This document shows, piece by piece, positions 40,825-50,339 of a DNA stretch of 64,000 nucleotides. This stretch comes from Bythopirellula sp. (GTDB taxonomy: Bacteria > Planctomycetota > Planctomycetia > Pirellulales > Lacipirellulaceae), in contig OZ244170.1 in assembly GCA_965216565.1 (NCBI GenBank), forward strand, positions 3,136,001-3,200,000, given 5' to 3'. The position numbers and the translations under genes are program-made. Numbering within the stretch: the first letter of the stretch is position 1; every line of letters begins with the position of its first letter. The notes under the pieces are model-generated. The model made no database searches. It was not told where the DNA came from and worked only from the letters and a program-made list of their open reading frames with translations.

Positions 40825-40917
40825 ATGTTTGCACCTATCATGATTGCTTGCGGAAGCTTCGTTCTTTATATCCTTCTAGACATTTCTCGTTACGGCGTTT
40901 CCGGCGATGCGATTTAG
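40825..40917 (+). CDS. Putative 30-aa small membrane protein (not in ORF track)
   Basis: MFAPIMIACGSFVLYILLDISRYGVSGDAI*, preceded by purine-rich GGAAAGGGAGAG and followed by a terminator-like hairpin. Confidence 0.45.
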   Translation: MFAPIMIACGSFVLYILLDISRYGVSGDAI

Positions 40918-40994
40918 TTGACGTCCCCCACATCGCTCGTCGTTTTTTACTTCATCAACTCCTTCTGAACTTCGTCACCCAATCCTCCGGAAAT

Positions 40995-41050
40995 GGGGAT
41001 CGGCACTTTGGTTTGTCGCAAAGCCAAGATGTCGGTCCCCGTTTTTTATT
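40995..41050 (+). terminator. Rho-independent terminator
   Basis: GGGGATCGGCA...TGTCGGTCCCC long stem with G-U pairs, followed by GTTTTTTATT. Confidence 0.65.
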
Positions 41051-41083
41051 GGTGAGCTCTGCCTAAACTGTTAACATTGGGCA

Positions 41084-41581
41084 ATGCTCCATCCTGCCCG
41101 TCTGCCAGCTGATCAGCTTCTGAACGAATGTCGCGTTTCTCACACGCGCCGCTCCGGTCCTGGGGGCCAACACCGTAATAAGGTCCAGACAGCGGTGGTA
41201 CTCGAACACTCGCCCACCGGCATCCACGCCGAAGCGAGCGAGCGCCGCAGCCAGCAGCAGAATAAGCAAATTGCCTTGCAGCGACTTCGCGTGAATCTTG
41301 CACTCGCCGTGCGTGAGCAGCCGATCGACAAGCCCTCCGATCTGTGGCAGCAACGCGTGAAGAGCACACGCATCTCGGTAAGTGCCCAGCATGAAGACTT
41401 TCCTGCCCTACTGGCTGAAGTTCTCGATCAACTTCATTCGCAAGAGTTCGAAATCGCCCCGACGGCAGCCTGGCTGGGTATCAGTTCTTCGCAACTTGTG
41501 AAGTTTCTCAAAGTGGAACCTACGGCTCTTGCGGAAGTGAATCGGCATCGCAAACAGCTCGGAATCTCTCAATTGCGCTAA
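41084..41581 (+). CDS. Peptide chain release factor-like (RF-1 GGQ domain) protein
   Basis: 'RRSGPGGQHRNKVQTAVVLEHSPTGI.AEASERRSQ..NK..AL.RL' plus a C-terminal extension. Confidence 0.85.
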   Translation: MLHPARLPADQLLNECRVSHTRRSGPGGQHRNKVQTAVVLEHSPTGIHAEASERRSQQQNKQIALQRLRVNLALAVREQPIDKPSDLWQQRVKSTRISVSAQHEDFPALLAEVLDQLHSQEFEIAPTAAWLGISSSQLVKFLKVEPTALAEVNRHRKQLGISQLR

Positions 41582-41672
41582 GTGAGTGGTTGCCGATTGT
41601 GCAAAACGTCCACATAGAAGTGCCAGATGTCTCTGCTATTGCCTGGGAGCGAAACACTCTACAATTGTGGTC

Positions 41673-42410
41673 ATGACTGATTCAAACCGAAAACAGATTG
41701 TGCTATTTGACATTGATGGCACGCTGCTCTTGACTGGCGGAGCAGGTCAACATGCGTTTGTGGCGACGTTTCGCGAAGAGTTTCAAATTGCAGACCCCGC
41801 ACTTGGTGTCCCGTTCGCAGGGCGAAGTGATCGAGCAATTGCACAAGAGCTGATGTCAATTAATGGGTTAGAGCCGAACGAGGAAAATTGGCAGCGGTTC
41901 TTGGCCGCCTATCTTGGTCGACTGGGAAACTCCTTGGAATTCAAAGAGGGGCAGGTCCTGCCTGGAGTTGAAACCCTGCTGGATGAGCTGGCTCAATTCG
42001 ATCATGTGGCTCTGGGTTTGCTAACTGGAAATGTCGAGGCGGGGGCTCAAGCGAAACTCTCGCACTATGGGCTAGCCGATTGGTTTTCGTTCGGTGGCTT
42101 TGGCGATCACCACTCCAATCGCAACGACATCGCCAGTGCGGCACTGTCGTCTGCCCTACGACACCTGGAACTGGCGAATAACGATACCGGGCCCAGTGTT
42201 GGTGGGACGCTCGTCATCGGCGATACCATCCACGACATAACGTGTGCCCATTCCATCGGTGCCTTTGCAGTGGGCGTAGCCACGGGCAGTACCTCCGCGG
42301 AAGAATTAGCCGATGCGGGTGCTGACTTGGTACTGGAGGATTTGACTAACACTGATCAACTGTTAGCAGCGATTCAAACTCCGCAGATCTCAAAATTTAT
42401 TGAAAGCTAA
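41673..42410 (+). CDS. HAD-family hydrolase (phosphoglycolate phosphatase-like)
   Basis: 'LFDIDGTLL', 'LLTGN', 'KL', 'VIGDT.HD', 'VGVATG'. Confidence 0.9.
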   Translation: MTDSNRKQIVLFDIDGTLLLTGGAGQHAFVATFREEFQIADPALGVPFAGRSDRAIAQELMSINGLEPNEENWQRFLAAYLGRLGNSLEFKEGQVLPGVETLLDELAQFDHVALGLLTGNVEAGAQAKLSHYGLADWFSFGGFGDHHSNRNDIASAALSSALRHLELANNDTGPSVGGTLVIGDTIHDITCAHSIGAFAVGVATGSTSAEELADAGADLVLEDLTNTDQLLAAIQTPQISKFIES

Positions 42411-42500
42411 TCTCAATCTAAAGCGAGGAATTCACATACGATACGAAACGTGAACCACCCACTATCAATATTCTTACCCCAGGAAAGACTGAGCGCGAAC

Positions 42501-43292
42501 ATGACGCCAACCCTTACCCGTATCACGGTCTTTCCCATCAAATCCCTAGACGGCTGCGATGTGACGTACGCCGAAGTGCTCCCCTCGGGCGCACTAAAAA
42601 ATGATCGTCGCTTCGCACTGGTCGACTCCTCAGGTGGTGTCATCAATGGCAAACGTCTAGCAGCAATTCATCAAATTCGAGCTAGCTACAACTCCAATCA
42701 AAGCCGTGTTACACTTAGTTCCAAGGAAAACCAACAGGCCTTTTCACTCCCTGAGCAACAAGAAGAACTCGCGGCCTGGTGTAGCGATTTCTTACACTTT
42801 GATTGCCGGTTGATTGAAAACCAAGAAATGGGCTTTCCGGACGACGTTGAATCTCCCGGACCAACAGTTTTGAGCCAGGGAAGTTTGCAATCCGTTAGTG
42901 AGTGGTATAACCAATTAACGGTGGAAAAAACTCGGCGACGCCTGCGGGCCAACCTGGAGGTTTCTGCCGAGGAGCCTTTCTGGGAAGATCAGTTAGTCGG
43001 CCCTCCCGGAGAAGACCGTACATTTCAAATAGGCCCGGCCGTTTGGAAAGGCGAAGCCATATGCCAGCGTTGTGTGGTGCCTGCGCGGAATCCTGAGACG
43101 GGAGAAACGATCGCCAAATTCTCGAAAAAATTTGCTGCCAACCGCTTAGAAACACTACCCATGTGGTCGCCTCGCGAGCATTTTGACCACTACTACCGAC
43201 TTGGGATAAATACGAGCTTGGTTTCTCTCGCGTCGGAGGACACAATCGAGATAGGCGACGAAGTAAGACCGCTGGAGAAAATTGGCTCTTGA
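42501..43292 (+). CDS. MOSC domain protein
   Basis: 'FPIKSLDG', 'DRRFAL', 'GFPD', 'RRLRANL', 'FWED', conserved 'CQRC'. Confidence 0.85.
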   Translation: MTPTLTRITVFPIKSLDGCDVTYAEVLPSGALKNDRRFALVDSSGGVINGKRLAAIHQIRASYNSNQSRVTLSSKENQQAFSLPEQQEELAAWCSDFLHFDCRLIENQEMGFPDDVESPGPTVLSQGSLQSVSEWYNQLTVEKTRRRLRANLEVSAEEPFWEDQLVGPPGEDRTFQIGPAVWKGEAICQRCVVPARNPETGETIAKFSKKFAANRLETLPMWSPREHFDHYYRLGINTSLVSLASEDTIEIGDEVRPLEKIGS

Positions 43293-44917
43293 GTGAAGTT
43301 ACCGACATCCACGATTCCCTCGCTCCATTACCCTCGGTGAGGAATCGACGGCATTGGTCGTTTGTCCAGCGACACGGGTTGCTGCTCGTTGGAATTTCGC
43401 CGATTCTCGCGAATCTGATTGGCAGCGTGTTCAACATTCTGTTCAATCAAACTCAGATTGAACCCATGCTGTCGCCTGCGCAGCTCAATCGGTTTCACGC
43501 CTGCTGGCAAGTTTACAATCTGGTAGTCTATCCGCTGGCCATCCTTTGCTGGATGTTGCCGCTGCTGTGGCTGAGGCCCATCCATAGAAAGCTGCTCGAC
43601 GGCGAGCCCGTTGATCCTGATCAGTTGGCAACCGCGCAGCGCTACGTAGTGAATCTCCCGTGGTGGTTCACAGCAATCGCGAGTGTCGGCTGGCTCAGTT
43701 GCATACCTGTCTTCCCCGCCGCGCTCAAAGCGGTGCCGGAACCTCTCGATTCCAGCGTCGTCTGGCAATTGATTGCTTCGTTTGTGACAGCGTCGCTGAT
43801 CGCCATTACCCACAGTTTCTTTTCGGTAGAGATTGCCAGCGAGAAGGCGCTGTTTCCAATCTTCTTTCGCACGGAGAACCCCGCGCACACACCTGGGGCC
43901 CTGCCACTCGGGATTATGGGCCACGGCATCTTCTGGGTTGTCTCGGCGGTGATCAGCCCAGTCGCGTCGCTGATGCTCTTGATCATGATCCCCCACGCCA
44001 CGGCCAAGTGGACCATGTTCCCCGTGGCGGTTGGCCTAGTGGCGATTGTCTACGGAATTGTCTCAGGAGTGATGATTAGCCGAAAATACGAGCTACCGGT
44101 TCGCCATCTCCGCAAGGCCGCCCGCCGCATCGCCAACGGCGATCTGGATGTCCGTGTAAATCTGCTGCGTGCCGACGACTTCGGACCCTTAATCGAACGT
44201 TTTAATTTGATGGTCGAAGGGCTGCGAGAGAAAGAACACCTGCAGGAAACGTTCGGTTGCCATGTCGGCAAAGAGGCAGCTCGACATATTCTCGAGCAAG
44301 AGAATAGTCTGGTAGGCAAGGAATCAGAAATCTCCGTCATGTTTGTCGACGTGCGGAATTTTACCGATCACTCGTCGAAACACACCCCGCAAGAGGTCGT
44401 CACGGCGCTGAATGTGTTTTTCACCAAAGCAGTAGAGATCATCGAAGAGCATGGCGGAATGGTGAACAAATTCTTGGGTGATGGCTTCATGGCCCTGTTC
44501 GGCATTGGGGACGAAAGCACCAATCACGCCGCTAGGGCTGTGGAAGCTGGGCTGGCCATGCTCGACTGCCTGGAAGGGGCCAACGACGAATTGGAGCAGG
44601 CCGGATGGTCAAATTTCCGTATTGGAATCGGACTCAACACCGGGCCTGCTATCGTCGGGAGTATCGGTTCTCCCAAACGGCAAGAATACACTGCTATCGG
44701 CGACACCGTGAACATCGCGGCGCGGGTCGAGGCGCTGACTAAGACCGTGGGCCACTACTTCCTGATCACAGAGGCTACCCGGCACCAACTTAGTGGCGAG
44801 ACATCTCTTATCCCCCTACCTCCACAGCAGGTAAAAGGGAAATCCGATAGCCTACTGGTATTTGCCGTGGCCACGAATACGGCCACCGAAGTAAAAGCCA
44901 AGGAACCAGCGCGTTGA
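43289..44917 (+). CDS. Membrane-bound class III adenylate cyclase (6 TM plus HAMP)
   Basis: HAMP 'IANGDLDVRV...DDFG.L...FN.MV.GL'; 'MFVDVRNFT', 'NKFLGDG', 'IGIGLNTG', 'EYTAIGDTVNIAARVE'. Start overlaps the MOSC stop (TTGA). Confidence 0.92.
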   Translation: MSEVTDIHDSLAPLPSVRNRRHWSFVQRHGLLLVGISPILANLIGSVFNILFNQTQIEPMLSPAQLNRFHACWQVYNLVVYPLAILCWMLPLLWLRPIHRKLLDGEPVDPDQLATAQRYVVNLPWWFTAIASVGWLSCIPVFPAALKAVPEPLDSSVVWQLIASFVTASLIAITHSFFSVEIASEKALFPIFFRTENPAHTPGALPLGIMGHGIFWVVSAVISPVASLMLLIMIPHATAKWTMFPVAVGLVAIVYGIVSGVMISRKYELPVRHLRKAARRIANGDLDVRVNLLRADDFGPLIERFNLMVEGLREKEHLQETFGCHVGKEAARHILEQENSLVGKESEISVMFVDVRNFTDHSSKHTPQEVVTALNVFFTKAVEIIEEHGGMVNKFLGDGFMALFGIGDESTNHAARAVEAGLAMLDCLEGANDELEQAGWSNFRIGIGLNTGPAIVGSIGSPKRQEYTAIGDTVNIAARVEALTKTVGHYFLITEATRHQLSGETSLIPLPPQQVKGKSDSLLVFAVATNTATEVKAKEPAR

Positions 44918-45134
44918 GTTGAATAGGTGCGGCTGTGAACGTTTAGCCAGGAATTCAAAACAGCACTTATTGGCTGAACTCTGCAAACTCTCTGCGATCA
45001 GCAGCCATTCGGTAACCGCTAAACTTTACCTGACCGGTGTTTGCGGAAAAACGCTGGCAACTCCTGCCCACAGCATATCCCGCATCACGATAACAACTGC
45101 ATCCAGCGCGATTACATCCCTTGCAGCGGTTATC

Positions 45135-46499
45135 ATGCATATGCGGTTCATTGCTATCACCTTCTGTTTTTCTATGGTCTTAGGGATTGCGGGGTGCCGC
45201 TGTCCGTCGGGCTGCTGTGTGCCAGGCACGCCGACTATGCCGTGCCACGAGAACTGGGCTGAATTGGACCCCACACCACCTAACTTGGTGGAACTGGTTT
45301 CTGCCAATACAGAGCTTATCCCCCTGCCCTCGCCGATGGAGACCTTCCAACTGCTCAGCCCGGGGAGTTGCCAATGTATGGCCGCCACGAATGCACCGAT
45401 CGCCAACATGGTTGAACTAGAACGGCATTGGGCCCAAGTGGTCATCGAGTGCGATACCAAAGCGGTTCGTGAGAACTACTGCCTGGATCGCGATTTGCTT
45501 TCGCTTCACGCCAACGAAGTCCGCAACGAGTCGGCTGCCGCTGCCCTTAACGCCTTCTATCAGTTGGCTGGACTGGAAGCAAAGCAGCACTACCTACGTC
45601 TAGCGACCGAGGAATCGGGCCGCACGCTAGAACGAGTCGACAACCTTCGCGAGAAGGATATCAAGCTACCCGAAGGCGTCGATTATGGTGGAGTCGAAAC
45701 GCAGGTTCACGATCTTCGGGACCGACAGTTTCAGCTCGAGTACTCACGCATTCAACTCAATGGCCAATTGCAAAAGCTGATTGATTGTCCGCTAGACGAG
45801 TTCAAATTCTATTGGCCTGAGATCTCTTGGGAAGCAGACCTAGAGGCCGTGGATGTGGAAACGGAGGTCGCCTACGGTTTGTCCAATCGCCCCGACATCC
45901 GTGGCTTGCAGCTGCTAATGTGCAAGATGAAGAGAGTTACCCTGCCCGTGGCACGTGCCGTGCTATCGTATGCCGATGGCGTGATTGGTTCGGTCGAGCC
46001 TCGCGATGGGATCCGCCATATCATTCGCTGTTTCCGCTGCAACGCGACGGAAGTCCCTGTTCGCTGCCGCCAGCTGGCGATCTTCTATACCGATACCGAA
46101 ACGAAGGCCACCGCTGAGATCAAGAGTGCCGCTTACAACATTGCACTTCAACAACAACGCGTTGCCAATTCGCAATCGACGGTCGACAAACTCCGCAGTC
46201 GCGAACAAGAGCTAACTGACAAACGAAATGTGGAAAACGTTGCCGTCTTTGAAATTGCCAAAGCTCGGGGCGACCTTTACCGCGCAGAAATCGACTTGAT
46301 CGAACACGTCGTCGCCCTCAAGATGGCCCGGGTGGAACTCAAGCGGGCTCAAGGCGTATTGGCCATGGAATGCGGCTTTATCCCCCAACTCTGCTGCGAA
46401 GACGGTTGCTGCGACGGCGACTGCTGCCAATGCAGCACCAAAAGCCGCTGCACCGCAAGCTGCAACAAGTGCAGCAAGAAGAAGTGCGTATGCGACTGA
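45135..46499 (+). CDS. Cys-rich lipoprotein with TolC/outer-membrane-efflux-like helical repeats
   Basis: Lipobox 'IAGC' after MHMRF...; 'AFYQLA..E', 'LNGQL..LI', 'GLSNRPDI', 'EIKSAA', 'LKRAQG' resemble OEP repeats; Cys-rich termini. Confidence 0.55.
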   Translation: MHMRFIAITFCFSMVLGIAGCRCPSGCCVPGTPTMPCHENWAELDPTPPNLVELVSANTELIPLPSPMETFQLLSPGSCQCMAATNAPIANMVELERHWAQVVIECDTKAVRENYCLDRDLLSLHANEVRNESAAAALNAFYQLAGLEAKQHYLRLATEESGRTLERVDNLREKDIKLPEGVDYGGVETQVHDLRDRQFQLEYSRIQLNGQLQKLIDCPLDEFKFYWPEISWEADLEAVDVETEVAYGLSNRPDIRGLQLLMCKMKRVTLPVARAVLSYADGVIGSVEPRDGIRHIIRCFRCNATEVPVRCRQLAIFYTDTETKATAEIKSAAYNIALQQQRVANSQSTVDKLRSREQELTDKRNVENVAVFEIAKARGDLYRAEIDLIEHVVALKMARVELKRAQGVLAMECGFIPQLCCEDGCCDGDCCQCSTKSRCTASCNKCSKKKCVCD

Positions 46500-46584
46500 G
46501 CATTATCTGACGATTTAGTTCGGCCGCCGGCAGTGCGTTGCATCGCTGCTCGATGCTCTTCACTTTGGGGTCTCAACTTCCCCG

Positions 46585-47730
46585 CTACTGCCGGTTGAAC
46601 AGTGCTTGGCGGAGTTCTTCTTCGAACGTCGCGCTTTTCTCCAACACGGCGCGGAAGTCGTTTTTTCCAAGTGCATAGAAAATAGCTTTTTCGCTGGCCA
46701 CAATTGTGGCGTTGCGTGGCTCTTCGGTAATGAGAGCTGCTTCGCCGAAGTACTGGCCCTTGTCCAGGTGGGCGACCTTTTTCTCCTGGGCACCGTCATC
46801 GACCACCACGTCGACGCTCCCGTCGCGAATCAAGTAGAACAACTCGCCCGGATCGCCCTGACGAATCACAACGTCCCCCTCGTCGGCTTCGTGTACCATC
46901 ATCTTGTCGGCAATCTCAGAGATCGTGCCCGGCGTGAGATCCGAGAACAGTGGGAAACCCTTTAGGAACTCGCAAATCACCGAGGTTTCTTGCACAGCCA
47001 CGTCCGACTTGATACGGCCATCGACCATATTCACAATCCGGTCGGCCACGTCGAGAATACGATTGTCGTGGGTGACCATGATAATCGTCGCCCCTTCGTC
47101 ACGGGCGAGTTCCTGGAACAGCGTCACGACCTCGCGGCCCGATTTCTCGTCTAACGCGGCCGTCGGTTCGTCGGCTAAAATCAACCTCGGCTTGTGAACT
47201 AGCCCCCGCGCTATGGCAACACGTTGCTTCTGTCCGCCAGAAAGCGATTTGGGTTTGTAATGCACACGTTCTCCCAATCCGAGACGTGTGAGCAGCGACT
47301 TAATTCGGCCATCGGCAATGCTGGGGTCGAGTCCAACCAACTCAGCCGCCATGTTGACGTTTTGATAGGCCGTGAGCGATTCGAACAAATTGTGCGCTTG
47401 AAAAATAAAGCCAAGTTCACGTCGCAATCGGACGATCATGTCGCGGTCTGCTCCACACAACTCATTGCCGAGCACCTTGAGGCTGCCTTCCTGAACGGTA
47501 CGCAACGTGCCGATTAGCGTGAGCAAGGTAGTTTTGCCCGAACCGGAGGGCCCCGTCATGATGACGATCTCGCCGCGGCGCACTTCCAGATTGTTGCTAA
47601 ACAGAGCCTGCTTGCGCAAGTCGCCTTCGCCAAAGAAGTGATTAACGTTCTGTACCTTGACGGTCTTGGGCAATTGCATGCCCTCGCCAAAAGCGCCACT
47701 AGTTGCAGGTATGGTGGTTTGAGAATCCAT
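46585..47730 (-). CDS. devA: DevA-type ABC exporter ATPase fused to a cNMP-binding domain
   Basis: 'GPSGSGKTT', 'GFIFQAHNL', 'LSGGQKQRVAIAR', 'ADEPT', 'MVTHDNRILDVADRI'; C-terminal 'RQGDPG..FYLI..G.V', 'FGEAAL...PRNAT'. Confidence 0.88.
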   Translation of the reverse strand: MDSQTTIPATSGAFGEGMQLPKTVKVQNVNHFFGEGDLRKQALFSNNLEVRRGEIVIMTGPSGSGKTTLLTLIGTLRTVQEGSLKVLGNELCGADRDMIVRLRRELGFIFQAHNLFESLTAYQNVNMAAELVGLDPSIADGRIKSLLTRLGLGERVHYKPKSLSGGQKQRVAIARGLVHKPRLILADEPTAALDEKSGREVVTLFQELARDEGATIIMVTHDNRILDVADRIVNMVDGRIKSDVAVQETSVICEFLKGFPLFSDLTPGTISEIADKMMVHEADEGDVVIRQGDPGELFYLIRDGSVDVVVDDGAQEKKVAHLDKGQYFGEAALITEEPRNATIVASEKAIFYALGKNDFRAVLEKSATFEEELRQALFNRQ

Positions 47731-47820
47731 GGTCAGGCTGGAGGCTTGAGTCTATAGGCTTTGTGATAGTAAGTATTAAACAATGGGACCCAAGGCCTAA
47801 AGCCTCCGGTCTCGAGTCTA

Positions 47821-49014
47821 TTAAAACAGGCTAGCTGGATCGGCGGCCAGTAGCTTTCGTACCGCCAGCATTCCTGAGGCGGTACACATGGCCATCGTTG
47901 TTAGTAGTACTCCGAATACACTGTGGCGAGTCATTTCCATGAGCAGGCCTGTTTGCCCTCCGAGCCAAGTATAAAGTCCTTGGCTGGCAATCATTCCGGG
48001 GATAAATCCGATGAGTGCCAGCAGCAATGCTTCAAAAACGATTAGCAAGATAAAGTACTTGGTCGAGTAGCCCATCGCTTTCAGCGTCGCAAACTCAGGA
48101 AGGTGGTCGGTAATGTCTGAGTAAATCACCTGGTAGCAAATCACCATCCCGACAACAAAGCCAATGATCTTGCCAGCCATGAAGATGGTTCCGATTGGTG
48201 TACTCTTGTCCCAAAAGCGAACTTCCTTCTCCAGATATTCTTGTCGCTTCAAAACCAGCACGTCCTTGCTGAGAGTCTTCCGAAGAGTTTCTTGCACTTC
48301 GTCCACCGAGTATTCATCCTTCACGTGAACAATGCCAATGTCGACTACACTCAAAGGGTCGCCAAACCGTTTGCGGTGCGGGTAGTAACGTGCGAAGTTC
48401 TCGGCACTCATCACCAGGTTGCCATCGTGGGCGAAATCGGTTCCCATCTCGAAGGTGCCCACCAGCGAGACTCTTTTGCCGGCCAACTCCACGTTCTCTG
48501 CCGCGAGCGCTGACGGATCTTTCATTTTGAAGGGGAAGTTCTTCTCTTTGCTCTTGGAATCAATTAGCGCGGTACCGGGCGCACTTAGGAACGGCGTTTG
48601 ACGTACAATGTCTCTCGATTTGAAAATTGGCGCCCCTAGAGGAAAGCCAATCGAACGAATCGGGTAGCCTCGGTTTCCGACACCGCGTTTCATTTTGCGG
48701 AGCACAGAGGTTGTGAGCTCCGAGTAGATTGGATAAGCCCCCTCTACGCCTGGGCAAGACCTAGCCTGCAAGACTCGGTCGATGGGAAATCGCTTTTCGG
48801 CGGCCAGGGTAAACTTGGCCTTGTTGACGATGAAGATGTCGCCCCGCACGTCGCTCAGCATTTTCACCTGGCTATCGAAAAGAGCATTCTGAAAGCCAAC
48901 CTGGGAAAACATCAGCAGCACCGCAAACGCAATACCGGCCAGCGCAATCACCAGCCGCCGCCAGTCGTGCGTCAGATTCTTCCAAGCCAGTGGTGTTTTG
49001 CGTTTTCCGAACAT
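47821..49014 (-). CDS. devC: DevC-type ABC exporter permease
   Basis: 'PLAWKNL...RL.IALAGIAFAVLLMF.Q.GF.NALF', 'VG.F..G.DF..DGN', 'W...TPIG.IF', 'YQVIYSD..DHL.EFATLKAMGY', 'ADPA.LF'. Confidence 0.88.
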   Translation of the reverse strand: MFGKRKTPLAWKNLTHDWRRLVIALAGIAFAVLLMFSQVGFQNALFDSQVKMLSDVRGDIFIVNKAKFTLAAEKRFPIDRVLQARSCPGVEGAYPIYSELTTSVLRKMKRGVGNRGYPIRSIGFPLGAPIFKSRDIVRQTPFLSAPGTALIDSKSKEKNFPFKMKDPSALAAENVELAGKRVSLVGTFEMGTDFAHDGNLVMSAENFARYYPHRKRFGDPLSVVDIGIVHVKDEYSVDEVQETLRKTLSKDVLVLKRQEYLEKEVRFWDKSTPIGTIFMAGKIIGFVVGMVICYQVIYSDITDHLPEFATLKAMGYSTKYFILLIVFEALLLALIGFIPGMIASQGLYTWLGGQTGLLMEMTRHSVFGVLLTTMAMCTASGMLAVRKLLAADPASLF

Positions 49015-49022
49015 TCGTTTTC

Positions 49023-50285
49023 TTAGAATAAATCGACGGGGTCGGCTTGAAACAGTTTCCTCAGCGCCCCCAAACCCGATATCACGCACATGAAGACAGC
49101 CAGCACAAAGACGAGCAACATAATCTGCCAGGTCATTGTCATGGGCATCCCCGACGCAAATTCAACAACTTCGTACAGTACGAGCGACAGCAACAAAGAT
49201 GGGATATAGCCCACAATGGCTAACATCACTGCTTGCTGCAATACAACCTTCGTCAGGTACTTGTTGCTGTAGCCAATTGCTTTGAGTGTGGCATACTCGC
49301 TCATCATGTTTTCGATATCTGTCGACAGCACCTGATAAACAATCGCCACGCCAACAAACACGGCGACCCACACGCTAAGAGTGAAAATTTGTCCTAACGG
49401 CGTTTCCGAAACCCAACGATAAGTTTCACGTTCATTGACAGTCGCACGAGTCAAGATTTCCACGTCGGTGTTGGTAAGTTCCACCGGATCGTAGTCCGAC
49501 TCTTCAATGCCTTCCTCCGCCAAGGCAGGGACGCCAAAGATTTTTTCCAACTTGGCTTTTACCGCCAGTGCTTGGCTAGGATCCTTGAGCTTAATCAGCC
49601 CGAAGTTGACATCTTCCAGGGTTTGCCAGGGGCAGGCGCGGATATACCCTTCGGGGCTGGCCAGGCAGGCGCCGTTGCTCGCCATGCCGGTGCCCAATTC
49701 AAAGAGTCCGACGATCCGCACGCGACTCGGTCCGAGCGTAGTTTCGACACCGATATCTTTGCGAGTAAACTTGTGTTGTTTTGGCCCATACTCGGGTTTT
49801 GATTTTGTATCGACCAGCACAAAGCGCGGGTCCGTGAGTAGCTTTGCCTGATTGCGGATGTGCTTGCGTGAAAAGGCCGGATCGTGGGGATCGGTGCCCA
49901 TGGTGATAATTCCCCGCCACTGACCGGCCGGGTCTTCGTCATCCCGCGAGTCGTACTCCACGGGTAGAGCATTCTCGATCGGGGCTTGCCATTCACTCAA
50001 GCCCAGATAGAACGGTCGAGCATGTTCGACTTCCGGCAGTGAGGCCGCCTGAAAAATACGACTCCGCGAGAAGTAGCGTGGTTCCGTCAGATGCAAATAC
50101 GCGGGCGACCTAAGCATAAGATCGAATTCGAGTGCGTCATAAATTTGCGTTGCAGTGCTGGCAACGCCCCCGAGAAAACCCATCTGCATGAAGATCAGAA
50201 TTACCGCAAAACCCACGCCAGCCACGCCCACTAGGGTGCGGACCTTGTTATGCGAGAGATTCTTCCAGGCTAGTGGGGTTTTCAT
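49023..50285 (-). CDS. devC: DevC-type ABC exporter permease (second copy)
   Basis: 'KTPLAWKNL', 'GVGFAVILIFMQMGF', 'YQVLSTD....SEYATLKAIGY', 'ADPVDLF'. Confidence 0.88.
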   Translation of the reverse strand: MKTPLAWKNLSHNKVRTLVGVAGVGFAVILIFMQMGFLGGVASTATQIYDALEFDLMLRSPAYLHLTEPRYFSRSRIFQAASLPEVEHARPFYLGLSEWQAPIENALPVEYDSRDDEDPAGQWRGIITMGTDPHDPAFSRKHIRNQAKLLTDPRFVLVDTKSKPEYGPKQHKFTRKDIGVETTLGPSRVRIVGLFELGTGMASNGACLASPEGYIRACPWQTLEDVNFGLIKLKDPSQALAVKAKLEKIFGVPALAEEGIEESDYDPVELTNTDVEILTRATVNERETYRWVSETPLGQIFTLSVWVAVFVGVAIVYQVLSTDIENMMSEYATLKAIGYSNKYLTKVVLQQAVMLAIVGYIPSLLLSLVLYEVVEFASGMPMTMTWQIMLLVFVLAVFMCVISGLGALRKLFQADPVDLF

Positions 50286-50339
50286 TTTGTCGCATCGCCG
50301 TCGTGCCTATCAGAGCGGGCCCCTGATCGTCCGATGTAT

